Origin: an uncultured virus (IMG/VR IMGVR_UViG_3300007346_000024)
Taxonomy: Duplodnaviria > Heunggongvirae > Uroviricota > Caudoviricetes
DNA length: 64,000 bases
IMG/VR virus record: IMGVR_UViG_3300007346_000024
Reading direction: 5' to 3' (one strand)
The notes beneath the pieces are model-generated. The model was not told where the DNA came from, did no database searches, and was given only the letters and a program-made list of their open reading frames with translations. Below are positions 17,606-26,791 of the stretch, in pieces; positions within the stretch are counted from its first letter, which is position 1; the number at the start of each line of letters is the position of its first letter. The position numbers were made by a program, and so were the translations under genes.

Positions 17606-18019
17606 TTAGAATGAATTTAAGCTTCCATTTGGAGTTGAACCAAAGTCCATTGGATTTCCTGAGAAAGACATTTTAGAAGGATTGCCTTCAAACTCACTTT
17701 CTTTACCATTAAAACCTACAAACATTGATTGAGCTACTTTTCCTGCTGAACGTCTATTTCTTCTAGCTGCTCCTTGCTCAGCGTTCATAGCTGCAAATTG
17801 AGCTGCTTGCTCTTCAGTTTTAGCCTCTTTAACACCTTCTTTAACGCCTTTCTTAATCTCAGACGCAATATCAGTTGCTTGATTTTGAGCTTCGTGTTGG
17901 TTTTTATAACCCCACTTACCCATCATTCTTTGTGCGATAAGGAAACCTACCCCGATAGAGAAGCCTGCAACAACGCCTCCAATTACTCCTTGCACTATTT
18001 TTTGACCATTTTCTCCCAT
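17606..18019 (-). CDS. Membrane protein
   Basis: N-terminal Gly-rich TM helix. Confidence 0.6.
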   Translation of the reverse strand: MGENGQKIVQGVIGGVVAGFSIGVGFLIAQRMMGKWGYKNQHEAQNQATDIASEIKKGVKEGVKEAKTEEQAAQFAAMNAEQGAARRNRRSAGKVAQSMFVGFNGKESEFEGNPSKMSFSGNPMDFGSTPNGSLNSF

Positions 18020-18030
18020 TTCAATAAGTT

Positions 18031-18207
18031 TTACTTAGTGAATAACTTGTAAATTCCATAACCTGCAAATCCTAATAAAGCGAATTGCACTAATGGATTA
18101 CCTAGATGACTTCTTTCAAATTCTAAAGACTTGTTGATTAATTTATCAACAGGCTCAATTCCCGTTTCTTCAGGAAGACCTTTGAAGTTGTTCCAATCGT
18201 TTTGCAT
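18031..18207 (-). CDS. 58-aa C-terminally anchored membrane protein (not in ORF track)
   Basis: MQNDWNNFKG...VQFALLGFAGYGIYKLFTK fills the gap. Confidence 0.6.
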   Translation of the reverse strand: MQNDWNNFKGLPEETGIEPVDKLINKSLEFERSHLGNPLVQFALLGFAGYGIYKLFTK

Positions 18208-18243
18208 AATATCTATTTTTTAAAATATAAATTAATTACTTGT

Positions 18244-18744
18244 TTATTTCTTTGTTGCGAAGTATATACCTACTCCAATACCGATTAAAGCTAAAGCTCC
18301 AACAGCAACAAAAAGACCTGTTTTTGAAGAACCTTCATCACTACCTCCTGAATAAGAGTCATCAGAATAAGATTCTTGCTCATTAGAACCTCCTGAACCA
18401 ATTTTACCTAAAAAGTTCCCTAAGAAACCTAAAGCAATCTGCCCCATATCGCCCATGCTCTTACTTCTTTTCTTAAAGTCTTCAAAGCTACCTTGATAGC
18501 CTTTACCTAAAGCTTTAGCATATTTTTTAGCAACAGCATCACAAGCTCCATCAGCTCCACATTGGTTAGCAGCATTCATACATTTACCATAAACACTATC
18601 ACCTAAAGAACCGCAAAGGTCTTCAGCTTGCATAGCCGTCATGTTCTCGAAAGAATCTTCTTTCCAAACAGACTTGATAATCTCATCATTAGCAAGAGCT
18701 ACTTCTCCTATCATTGCTGAGTTATATAAAGTATTAGAATCCAT
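18244..18744 (-). CDS. C-terminally anchored membrane protein
   Basis: Cys cluster, amphipathic helix, C-terminal TM plus KK. Confidence 0.65.
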   Translation of the reverse strand: MDSNTLYNSAMIGEVALANDEIIKSVWKEDSFENMTAMQAEDLCGSLGDSVYGKCMNAANQCGADGACDAVAKKYAKALGKGYQGSFEDFKKRSKSMGDMGQIALGFLGNFLGKIGSGGSNEQESYSDDSYSGGSDEGSSKTGLFVAVGALALIGIGVGIYFATKK

Positions 18745-18745
18745 A

Positions 18746-19027
18746 TTATTTTCTATTTTTAATAATTACAATAACACCAATTAAGGCTGCCACCGATATA
18801 CCTATCAAAGATAAGGTTAAAATCCTTTTGTTTTGAGAATTAGTTTCAGACATACTATGACCTCCTGTAGTCTCTTCTGAATAAACAATCTCTTCTTCTA
18901 AAGCTTCTTCTTCTCTAGCTTCTCTTTCAGCAGCTAACTTTGCCTCTACAGCCGCCTTAGCAGCTTCTTTAGCTTCTTTAAATTTTTTAGCACTCATATA
19001 TGAGTAAGCTTCCATTTGATGATGCAT
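18746..19027 (-). CDS. C-terminally anchored membrane protein
   Basis: Ala/Glu helix, C-terminal TM. Confidence 0.6.
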   Translation of the reverse strand: MHHQMEAYSYMSAKKFKEAKEAAKAAVEAKLAAEREAREEEALEEEIVYSEETTGGHSMSETNSQNKRILTLSLIGISVAALIGVIVIIKNRK

Positions 19028-19053
19028 TTTAATTCGTTTTATGATTAATAAAT

Positions 19054-19437
19054 CTAACCTCTTCTTTTTCTAGCAATAACTAAAGCAACTATACCTCCTA
19101 CAAGTACTAGACCTCCCGTAGCAATCATAGCTACTTTTACTTTAGAGGCTGCCGCTGCTTCCGATGCTGCTTTGCTTGCTTCCGCTTCTGCGGCTGCTCT
19201 TTCAGCTTCAGCTTCAGCTTGTTTACTCCTTTGCTTTCCTCCAACTAAGCTACCTAAAACCCCGATTATTGCCGCTCCTGTTCCAACAGCTTTTTTTCCA
19301 TCAATACCTTTACCTACTTCAGCTACTTTACCTGAAGCTGAACCTACAGAGCTACCTATTTTTGAAAATAAATCTCCTAAGTTAAAGTTTGAATACTCTT
19401 CTTTAGATAAATCGTGATATAAACAATTGTAATCCAT
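19054..19437 (-). CDS. Membrane protein (2 hydrophobic segments)
   Basis: EEYSNFNLG motif, Gly-rich helices, C-terminal TM. Confidence 0.6.
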   Translation of the reverse strand: MDYNCLYHDLSKEEYSNFNLGDLFSKIGSSVGSASGKVAEVGKGIDGKKAVGTGAAIIGVLGSLVGGKQRSKQAEAEAERAAAEAEASKAASEAAAASKVKVAMIATGGLVLVGGIVALVIARKRRG

Positions 19438-19439
19438 GA

Positions 19440-19901
19440 CTATTTCTTTTTATAGTTATAATAAATCAATAAACCAACTCCAAGAACAGCTAAACCTCCA
19501 ATTAAGTAATGCTTGCCTTTTATTTTCTTGTCGTCTGTTTTTGACTCGATAATCTCCTCTTCTTCTGACAAAGGTTCTACGTCTGACTCTCCTGTTTCAG
19601 GGTCATATTCTCCTGTAGCTAAACCTCCGATTAAGTTAATTCCCTTATCAAGCCATTCGCTATTTCTAATATTGTTAATCCAATCTTTAAAAGCAGACTT
19701 CTCTCCCTGAACAGGCTCTCCGTCTTGATTGTAATAACCATCTACACCTAACCAACCATTTTCTAATGATTTCTTATATGCTTGGTTAGGTGATATAATT
19801 CCAATTTCAGCTCTATTAGCAAGGTCAACAAATCTCTCTACTTGTTGTTTTTTATAACCCTTACTCAATAAGTAACCGTAAAACTCTGTAGCTGCACCCA
19901 T
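19440..19901 (-). CDS. C-terminally anchored membrane protein
   Basis: YYNQDG motif, C-terminal TM plus KKK. Confidence 0.6.
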   Translation of the reverse strand: MGAATEFYGYLLSKGYKKQQVERFVDLANRAEIGIISPNQAYKKSLENGWLGVDGYYNQDGEPVQGEKSAFKDWINNIRNSEWLDKGINLIGGLATGEYDPETGESDVEPLSEEEEIIESKTDDKKIKGKHYLIGGLAVLGVGLLIYYNYKKK

Positions 19902-20776
19902 TATTTAATTGGCTTAACAATTGCAAAAACAAGACCTGACGCTGCCAACACTAAAGGAAGGATGTACTTACTGTCTTTTTTTAGACCTAAATGCATTGCC
20001 GCTCCTGAACTTGCTCCCGCTCCTGACTCAGCACCTCCTTGACCACTATTAATCATGTCGGCTGTAGGCTCAATAAAAGAACCTCCTCCGTAACCACCTC
20101 CTCCTGAGATGATTGTATCAAGTTCTCCTGTAGTACCCGCATCTTCAATATCTCCATCAGTAATTACAACGTTAATATCCGTATCTACAACAGGAGTAAC
20201 AGGAACGCATGCTTTATCAGCATTGCTACATTTTGTTCCTTGAGGGCATCTTGCAGTTGCACAAAATGGTATTTCAGGCTCAGGTGTTCCACCACTACCT
20301 TTAATAGGGTCTCCGTATCCTACGATTGGAGGTTTTGGAGCAAAAACAGGTGTACCCTCGCCATTACCAACAGGGTCTCCTAGCTCTACAACAGGCGGTT
20401 TACTTATTGCAATAGTAGGAGTTTCTGTTCCTCTAACAGGGTCTCCTAATTTTACTATTGGTTTTTTTGGAAGTGTAGCCAACTTCTCTTTAATTTCTTG
20501 CTGACGCTTATTCGTTTTAGCAATCTCATTTTTTAAACGAGCTTCAGCTTCAGCTATTTCCTTTTTTTCAACAAGGTTAGTAGATGAATTAGCCTTTGCT
20601 TTAAGGTTTGAAATCGCTTTCTGAAAATTAATTTTAGAAGAAGCAGCTCTTTGAAAATCTCTATTAAGATTATCCCTAGCTATATCATAATTAGAAACTT
20701 CTTTTCTATCTTGAAGAATCGCTGTAGCGTTACTGAAATCCTCTTGTAATACTAAGTACTGTAAAGTTGGGTGCAT
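19901..20776 (-). CDS. C-terminally anchored protein with coiled coil, Pro-rich repeats and Cys-rich module
   Basis: KP..V..GDP..G..TP x3; CATARCPQGTKC...C; C-terminal TM. Confidence 0.65.
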   Translation of the reverse strand: MHPTLQYLVLQEDFSNATAILQDRKEVSNYDIARDNLNRDFQRAASSKINFQKAISNLKAKANSSTNLVEKKEIAEAEARLKNEIAKTNKRQQEIKEKLATLPKKPIVKLGDPVRGTETPTIAISKPPVVELGDPVGNGEGTPVFAPKPPIVGYGDPIKGSGGTPEPEIPFCATARCPQGTKCSNADKACVPVTPVVDTDINVVITDGDIEDAGTTGELDTIISGGGGYGGGSFIEPTADMINSGQGGAESGAGASSGAAMHLGLKKDSKYILPLVLAASGLVFAIVKPIK

Positions 20777-20779
20777 ATT

Positions 20780-21190
20780 CTATTTTTTTAGAGATTTGTA
20801 AATTAAGTAAATTCCTGTACCCGCAGCAATCAAACCACCTACAGGATAAATCCAATCAAACGAAGAAGCTTCATTTGTTGGTTCTTTTTTTTCAACTTTA
20901 TCCTTAGATTCAGTTGGTTCTATTTGAATATTAGACTCAGCATTTTCCTGACTATTATCAATAGCAGGGTTTTTTAGCTTTATATTTCTAACTTTTCCTA
21001 AATCCTCTTTATCTATATTAAGAATCTGATTAAGGCTAATACCGTAATTGTTTTTTAGCACAGCTTCATTAGTTGAGTAAAAATCAACTAATGGAGCAGG
21101 GCTTCCCTGAAGAACAGCATCAAGATAAGCTAAAGATAACTTAGACTTAAGTTGTGCTGAAAGTTTAGATATTCCTTTTTTGTTCTCCAT
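20780..21190 (-). CDS. C-terminally anchored membrane protein
   Basis: C-terminal TM plus KK. Confidence 0.6.
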   Translation of the reverse strand: MENKKGISKLSAQLKSKLSLAYLDAVLQGSPAPLVDFYSTNEAVLKNNYGISLNQILNIDKEDLGKVRNIKLKNPAIDNSQENAESNIQIEPTESKDKVEKKEPTNEASSFDWIYPVGGLIAAGTGIYLIYKSLKK

Positions 21191-21693
21191 TACTTTAAAA
21201 ACTTATAGATTATAACTATACCTAAAACACCTAATATGATTTCTTTACCCGTAAAGTCACCATACTTCTTATCTAGGAAAGATTCTGCCTTTTCAGTAGT
21301 AGCGTCAAGAGTTTCTTCAATAACCTCTTCACCTTTTTCGATAACTCTTTCAAGCTTTTGCTCTAACTCTTTAATCTTTTCACTTTTCTTTATTTCAGAA
21401 TCAGTAGTAGACTCTAAATTCTGAAACGGCATAATATAAGCACCATTATCGTCTTGAATAACTATAACAGGTCTAGAAGCACCATTTTTAGTTTTAACTT
21501 CTATTGCCGCAATACCTTCAATAATAGAATCTTTTAAGAAAGTCTTTTTAGTTCCAACTAATTCTTTTCTTCTTGAATCTAAATCAAGTTCTTTTGTTTC
21601 TTTAACAATAAACTTCTTGTAAACAGGATTTCCTTGAACGTGAAGTTGCGTCCCTAAAGAAGTTGTGAATGTCCTACCTTTCTTAGTTCTCAT
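21190..21693 (-). CDS. C-terminally anchored membrane protein
   Basis: Small beta domain, coiled coil, C-terminal TM. Confidence 0.6.
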   Translation of the reverse strand: MRTKKGRTFTTSLGTQLHVQGNPVYKKFIVKETKELDLDSRRKELVGTKKTFLKDSIIEGIAAIEVKTKNGASRPVIVIQDDNGAYIMPFQNLESTTDSEIKKSEKIKELEQKLERVIEKGEEVIEETLDATTEKAESFLDKKYGDFTGKEIILGVLGIVIIYKFLK

Positions 21694-22186
21694 TCTTTTG
21701 AAATTTTGTTTTAATATAACCTCCTAACATAGCACCACCAAAAGCACCGATAGAAGCAAATAATAATTTATTTTGTCGTTTCATCATTGCGTAAATTAAT
21801 CCGACAACAGCCCCTCCCATTCCGAAGTAAACTGCTTTTTTTGTTTTTAAAGTTTCCTTAGCTATCATTTCTGAAGCTACTATGTTTTTGTAGGCATCCT
21901 TAAAAACCTTAGAGTTGTCTTTAACTCCTTCTTTTTCATCTTCGATAATTTCAGCATCATCGAATCCTGAATCTTCAACCCATCCTAAAGCGTGGATAAA
22001 AGGTTCAGGTATAATGAATCCATTTTTTGTTTCTAAGGCTAGTATTTTATTACCATCAGGTAGCGTAACTTCTTTTACAGTACCCGTTACTTTAGTACCC
22101 TTAGTTATTGGCATAGACTCAGGGTTTCCTGAAGTCATCTTTTGTGCCATGCAATTCTGTGTAAGTACCGCTTCTACTAATCTCAT
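21683..22186 (-). CDS. Membrane protein with C-terminal hydrophobic hairpin (likely start ATG 22186)
   Basis: MRLVEAV start is TAATG-coupled to the upstream stop; two Gly-rich helices. Confidence 0.6.
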   Translation of the reverse strand: MRLVEAVLTQNCMAQKMTSGNPESMPITKGTKVTGTVKEVTLPDGNKILALETKNGFIIPEPFIHALGWVEDSGFDDAEIIEDEKEGVKDNSKVFKDAYKNIVASEMIAKETLKTKKAVYFGMGGAVVGLIYAMMKRQNKLLFASIGAFGGAMLGGYIKTKFQKNEN

Positions 22187-22776
22187 TACTTTCTTAAAAG
22201 AGTGAAATATGCTACTATACCACCTGTTAATAAAACACCCGAAACTATCGCAATCGGAATCCATTTCTTTTTAGAACCTTCGTCTTCAGGCTCTTCTTGC
22301 TCAGAAAAAACCTCATTATAGACTTCAATTCTGTCATTCTCTTTCTGAATCTTTTTCGCTTTACCTGAAGACAACCACTGAAAAGTAGTGTCTACAGCTC
22401 CGATAGCAGCACCAATAATAGCACCAACAATAGGGACAGGAATTGAAGCCTGACCTCCTAATGTTGCTTTAACCATTGTCTCTCCACTATCTTTTAAAAG
22501 CTTACCTTTTGATTTAGCACTTGCATTATGCCAAATCTCAGGTTTAATCTTCTTTACATTATCTAAAACCTTTAAGTCATTATAACCTATTAGTAAGCTA
22601 ATGTTTTTTTGAAAAGCTCTATTGTCATAAATATTATCAACAACGACATCTATTAATTCAGCTCTACTAAGACCTTCAGCTTTAACCCCTGAAGCCTCTA
22701 AAGCGTCAATAACAAAATCAGGTCTTTGCTTGATTAATTTTGCTATCTTTTTCAATATGTCGTTTCTAGAGTACAC
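22186..22776 (-). CDS. Membrane protein, paralogue of 22785..23363
   Basis: Shared I...P..V..AL..SG...LID...IY.N..F N-domain and WIP....GVLL.GG C-terminal TM. Confidence 0.65.
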   Translation of the reverse strand: MYSRNDILKKIAKLIKQRPDFVIDALEASGVKAEGLSRAELIDVVVDNIYDNRAFQKNISLLIGYNDLKVLDNVKKIKPEIWHNASAKSKGKLLKDSGETMVKATLGGQASIPVPIVGAIIGAAIGAVDTTFQWLSSGKAKKIQKENDRIEVYNEVFSEQEEPEDEGSKKKWIPIAIVSGVLLTGGIVAYFTLLRK

Positions 22777-22784
22777 TTAAATAA

Positions 22785-23363
22785 TTACGCTTTTTTACCA
22801 CCGATAACTTTCCAAGCTATAAGACCTCCTATTAAAAGAACGCCTCCAATAGCTACAACAGGAATCCAATTAGTCTTTTTACCACTATCACCTTCATCGC
22901 CTAAAATCTTACCGTAAAGAGTAGCTTTACTAGCTTGCTCGCTAGCTTTTAACTCATTATTAGATGACGCGAAAGTAAAAACAGAACCAATCATGCTAGC
23001 GATTGATGAAACAACCTCTGTTCCACTACCGCCTTGAGAACTTCCTTCAACAGCACCCTCAACACTTGAGTACTCAGGTCTAGCAGGTTTTCTTAAAATC
23101 TCTTGACTCTTAATAGCTTTTGCTAACTCTAAGTGAAATGACTTATTGTTGTAAATAGACTTAATAGTCTTATCTATAAGAACTTTAGGTGTTGGTTCGT
23201 CCCCTATAGTTTCTCCTGAATCCCTTAAAGCTTTTACAAGAACATAAGGGTTTTCTTCTATAATCGTAGAAAGCTCATCAAGAATCATATCCTTAAAGAG
23301 CTTGTCATCCTTAGCTTTAGCAGCGTTGGATAAATTCGATACTACATTAGAGTGATACCTCAT
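22785..23363 (-). CDS. Membrane protein, paralogue of 22186..22776
   Basis: As above; YSSVEG motif. Confidence 0.65.
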   Translation of the reverse strand: MRYHSNVVSNLSNAAKAKDDKLFKDMILDELSTIIEENPYVLVKALRDSGETIGDEPTPKVLIDKTIKSIYNNKSFHLELAKAIKSQEILRKPARPEYSSVEGAVEGSSQGGSGTEVVSSIASMIGSVFTFASSNNELKASEQASKATLYGKILGDEGDSGKKTNWIPVVAIGGVLLIGGLIAWKVIGGKKA

Positions 23364-23364
23364 A

Positions 23365-23811
23365 TTAATTTCTTGTTACAAGAGCTAAACCAATTAAGGC
23401 TACTGCTCCGATAATCATTAACTCTGTTCTGTCAGATTTCTCAGTTTTTTGAGAAGCTGAAGCAACTGAATCAATCTCTTGTTTCCTTTTAATGTCCTCA
23501 ACGACTTTCTTTACTTCTGAAGCCTCTGCTCCATCAGCACTTGAATAATCGTTCTTACCACAAGTACAAGGCTTGTCTTCTTTTTTCTCTTCTACCTTTG
23601 GAGCATTAACTTCATGATAGTCAGAGATAAGTTTCAAATCAGGATGAACTGAAGTGATTCTATATAAAGCTTCCTTCCCATGCTTATTAACCTTTTCCGC
23701 TAATTGCTTAGCTAGAATATCAGGCTGTCTAATAGCTTTTTCCCCGTAGCTATTAATTACTCTCTTAGCTCCTTCAGGGTTTTTGTAAGCTACATACTGA
23801 TATAAATTCAT
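23365..23811 (-). CDS. C-terminally anchored membrane protein
   Basis: NP.GA..VI..YG N-domain, YSSADG motif, C-terminal TM. Confidence 0.65.
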   Translation of the reverse strand: MNLYQYVAYKNPEGAKRVINSYGEKAIRQPDILAKQLAEKVNKHGKEALYRITSVHPDLKLISDYHEVNAPKVEEKKEDKPCTCGKNDYSSADGAEASEVKKVVEDIKRKQEIDSVASASQKTEKSDRTELMIIGAVALIGLALVTRN

Positions 23812-23834
23812 TTGATTATCCCTTTTAATTACTT

Positions 23835-23870
23835 AAAAAAAAAGGCGGCAACTTATGTTGCTGCCTTTTT
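23835..23870 (-). terminator. Intrinsic terminator after the putative major capsid gene
   Basis: GGCAGCAAC-ATAA-GTTGCCGCC stem followed by T9 on the minus strand. Confidence 0.8.
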
Positions 23871-23899
23871 CTATATATGCCGAGTCTAATTTCTTAGAA

Positions 23900-24580
23900 T
23901 TATCCTACTAATGGCTTCCTGTTAGGGAATTGGAACTGAGATAAGTTTGGCTTAGAGTAAGCTTTACCTACGCTTCTTCCTGATAAACCTCTAGAAACAT
24001 CTAACTGCTCCATTGGGTATAATCTAACAGTAAGTGTAGCAGATGCTAAAACTGTAGTTACAACTTTAGTAAATGCGTTTACAGGGAATTTGTGACGAAC
24101 GATAGTCACACCTGACTGCTGCTGCATTGGGTCTAACGCAGGAGAAACAGGTAAAGTAACTTGTCTTCCGTTTGGCTCTCTGTAAGTAATTACTAACTGC
24201 TTGAACGGCTGTGAAGTGTTCGCAGACTGTAAGTACATTAAACCTACTTTGAAAGGCTCTGACTTAATAGACTCTAAGAACTCAGTGTAAGTTACGTCTC
24301 CATTATCCATTGTGATAGTGATAGCCGCAGGGTTACCGAAGTTAGTAGCTCCAAATAAGTTAGAGTTAGCTCCTAAAAATACTACATCTGATACATCATC
24401 AGTAGTTGAGTTAGCGATGTTAATGATGAAAGGCAAAGATGCTTTAGCTTCTGCACCTGCTCCTGCACCTGCATAGTCATAATCATCTGCGTAATCATAA
24501 GCATCAACGTTGTCCCAACCATCGTAGTTTGAATACTCCTCGTTTGCGAAGTTCATTGCGTCTGAAAAATAGTTTTCCAT
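23900..24580 (-). CDS. Putative major capsid protein, single jelly-roll type
   Basis: Acidic/aromatic leader then ~150-aa beta-strand-rich domain; own terminator; paralogous to 27031..29316; near packaging ATPase. Confidence 0.6.
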   Translation of the reverse strand: MENYFSDAMNFANEEYSNYDGWDNVDAYDYADDYDYAGAGAGAEAKASLPFIINIANSTTDDVSDVVFLGANSNLFGATNFGNPAAITITMDNGDVTYTEFLESIKSEPFKVGLMYLQSANTSQPFKQLVITYREPNGRQVTLPVSPALDPMQQQSGVTIVRHKFPVNAFTKVVTTVLASATLTVRLYPMEQLDVSRGLSGRSVGKAYSKPNLSQFQFPNRKPLVG

Positions 24581-24656
24581 TTTCTTTGATTTTTGATTTT
24601 TGTTAATTACTTGATTTTATTCAACTCTGAATTCCTTGAATCAGTTGTTACAATTC

Positions 24657-24770
24657 TTAAGCTTCTTTAGAAGTAATCTTCTTAACTTGCTCGTGAATCA
24701 TTAATCCTGCTGTAACTCCTAATGCTACAGGAATCATTGCTTTTAAAATCCCTTTTGCTTGTTCTAACAT
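24657..24770 (-). CDS. 37-aa membrane peptide upstream of capsid gene (not in ORF track)
   Basis: MLEQAKGILKAMIPVALGVTAGLMIHEQVKKITSKEA. Confidence 0.55.
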   Translation of the reverse strand: MLEQAKGILKAMIPVALGVTAGLMIHEQVKKITSKEA

Positions 24771-24963
24771 GTTTCTTTCTTTTGTGAGGCACACACCTCG
24801 TTAATACTTTGTTCTAACACTACAAAGATGGAGTGTATTTTCAGAAGTAAAAAAACTTATTCTTGACAAGTAACGTTACTAAATTGCTGAAAACCTTAAT
24901 TTTACTACATGTTTAGCTGTCAATAAATGTCAATAAATAGCTTGCGAAACCGTTATAATTTGT

Positions 24964-24971
24964 TATTTTTG
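24964..24971 (+). promoter_or_regulatory. -7 box TATTTTTG for the plus-strand GT2 gene
   Basis: TAnnTTTG 30 nt upstream of ATG 25002. Confidence 0.55.
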
Positions 24972-25001
24972 TGAGTGAAAATATACTTTTAAAAATACAT
25001 T

Positions 25002-25724
25002 ATGAGTGAAATTAAATTTCCAAAAGTTTTAATAGCCGCACCTCAGCACGACTCTAAGAGTTACTGTTGGGACAAGTGGGTTGAAAGGGTTAATAACCTA
25101 ACCTATCCTAACTATGATGTCTTTATGGCTGATAATAGTGCTACTGATGACTTTGCTGAAGAAATGAAAAAGAGTGGGGTTAAAGTTAAAAGAGTAGGGT
25201 TCCATTTAGAAGGGGTTTTAGAAAGAACTACTCAAGCACACGAAGCATGTAGGTTAGAGGCTATTAATGGAGATTATGACTTTCTTCTACATTTAGAAAC
25301 TGATATTATACCTCCTCTTGATGTAATCGAAAGACTTCTTATTAATAGAAAGAAAGTTGTTTCAGGTACTTATGATATTTTTCATGGGAAAAGCAGAAAG
25401 TCTATGATTCAGCTTAACGAACCTTTGGATAGAACTTATGGAGCTTATCGTTGTGTTCAATTCGCTGAAGAGCAAGAGCCTTTAATATTTGACGGTACTA
25501 CTAAGCAAGTTTACCATGCGGGAATTGGATGCGTTCTTATCAGTAAGTATGTATTCGAGAAAGTACCTTTCAGATTTGTTGATAACGTACCTTTTCATGC
25601 TGACACATGGTTTGCTAACGATTGTTTTTCTTTAGACATCCCAATCTACTTAGATACCACAGTTAATTGCAAGCATTATAATACTACTTGGTTAGATGTT
25701 GCTGATGAAATATTAAACAATTAA
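25002..25724 (+). CDS. Glycosyltransferase family 2 (GT-A)
   Basis: PKVLIAAP...DNS...YDFLLHLETDII...GIGCVLI...D..F...H. Confidence 0.75.
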   Translation: MSEIKFPKVLIAAPQHDSKSYCWDKWVERVNNLTYPNYDVFMADNSATDDFAEEMKKSGVKVKRVGFHLEGVLERTTQAHEACRLEAINGDYDFLLHLETDIIPPLDVIERLLINRKKVVSGTYDIFHGKSRKSMIQLNEPLDRTYGAYRCVQFAEEQEPLIFDGTTKQVYHAGIGCVLISKYVFEKVPFRFVDNVPFHADTWFANDCFSLDIPIYLDTTVNCKHYNTTWLDVADEILNN

Positions 25725-25735
25725 AAAACAATATT

Positions 25736-25743
25736 TACTTTTG
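25736..25743 (+). promoter_or_regulatory. -7 box TACTTTTG
   Basis: TAnnTTTG upstream of ATG 25755. Confidence 0.5.
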
Positions 25744-25754
25744 AAAATACATTT

Positions 25755-26609
25755 ATGGAGAATACAGAAAAAAAGAAATTAGAAGGTCTTCTTTACAGAA
25801 AAGGTGTAACGGAGTCATTAATGACGGTTTGGCAAAAAGGTATTAAAACCTATAACGAACTTAGGGAGCAATGTATGATTGTTGCTAGCGATGAGACTAG
25901 GACTGATTTAGAAAGGTCTCAGGCTAAAGTTAGAATTCATGAGATTGACGCACCGTTAAAACATTACATTACTTCTTTTAAGCTTTCTAAAAGAGAGTAT
26001 GAGAATTTTATTATTCCTGAGATTGAAAAATTAGTTTCTGAAGAAGATAAGGAAATTATTGGGTTTGTAGACTTAGAAGCTCAAGCAAGAGAGTTAGCTA
26101 ATATTGAAGTTTTCGGTCACGGAAAACAACCTGAAAACGTTGAACTTAATGATGTAGCAAAAAGTCTTTCTCAACACATTGAATTACTTAAGAACATTAT
26201 CGAACAGATTAATGATAGAATTAACACTTCTAGCGATGAGTACGAAAAGGCTGTTCTTAAAATGGATTTATTCAAGCACAACCTTCATTTTATTTCAAAT
26301 AAGAAAAGGTTAGCTGAAAGAATAGACTACTATAATAATCAGTTCCTTCCTAAGTACAATAAAGACATGGAAGAGGCTGATAGGTTATTAGATAAGTATC
26401 TAGATAGAGCTAAAGAACTAATTGCTCTTGGAGTAGATATTAAACTTCAATTCTTAATAGATGAGTACGAAAAGAATAAAGCCGATAAAGAAAAAGTTTG
26501 GTTGTTCTACACGGCTCTTAAGTCAAGAATTAATAAAATTTCTAAGGAAATGAGAAAAAATAAGTCTACATTTAAAGGGAAAATGCATCTTGCAGAAGAA
26601 ATTTCTTAA
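25755..26609 (+). CDS. Helical/coiled-coil hypothetical protein
   Basis: 284-aa charged helical ORF. Confidence 0.65.
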   Translation: MENTEKKKLEGLLYRKGVTESLMTVWQKGIKTYNELREQCMIVASDETRTDLERSQAKVRIHEIDAPLKHYITSFKLSKREYENFIIPEIEKLVSEEDKEIIGFVDLEAQARELANIEVFGHGKQPENVELNDVAKSLSQHIELLKNIIEQINDRINTSSDEYEKAVLKMDLFKHNLHFISNKKRLAERIDYYNNQFLPKYNKDMEEADRLLDKYLDRAKELIALGVDIKLQFLIDEYEKNKADKEKVWLFYTALKSRINKISKEMRKNKSTFKGKMHLAEEIS

Positions 26610-26676
26610 TGAGACAATATATTTCACCACTTTCTTTTTTAAATGATGGGGCTTGCTCTAAAGGTGAATCGACTCT

Positions 26677-26715
26677 AAAAAAAAAGCTCACAGGTTTTTA
26701 CTTGTGGGCTTTTTT
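26677..26715 (+). terminator. Intrinsic (likely bidirectional) terminator
   Basis: A9-GCTCACAGG-loop-CTTGTGGGC-T6. Confidence 0.7.
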
Positions 26716-26791
26716 ATTACTACAACTATCTATACAAATAAATACCTAGCACAAACTTTGAATGAATTTATAAACTACCAAATTATTTAAA

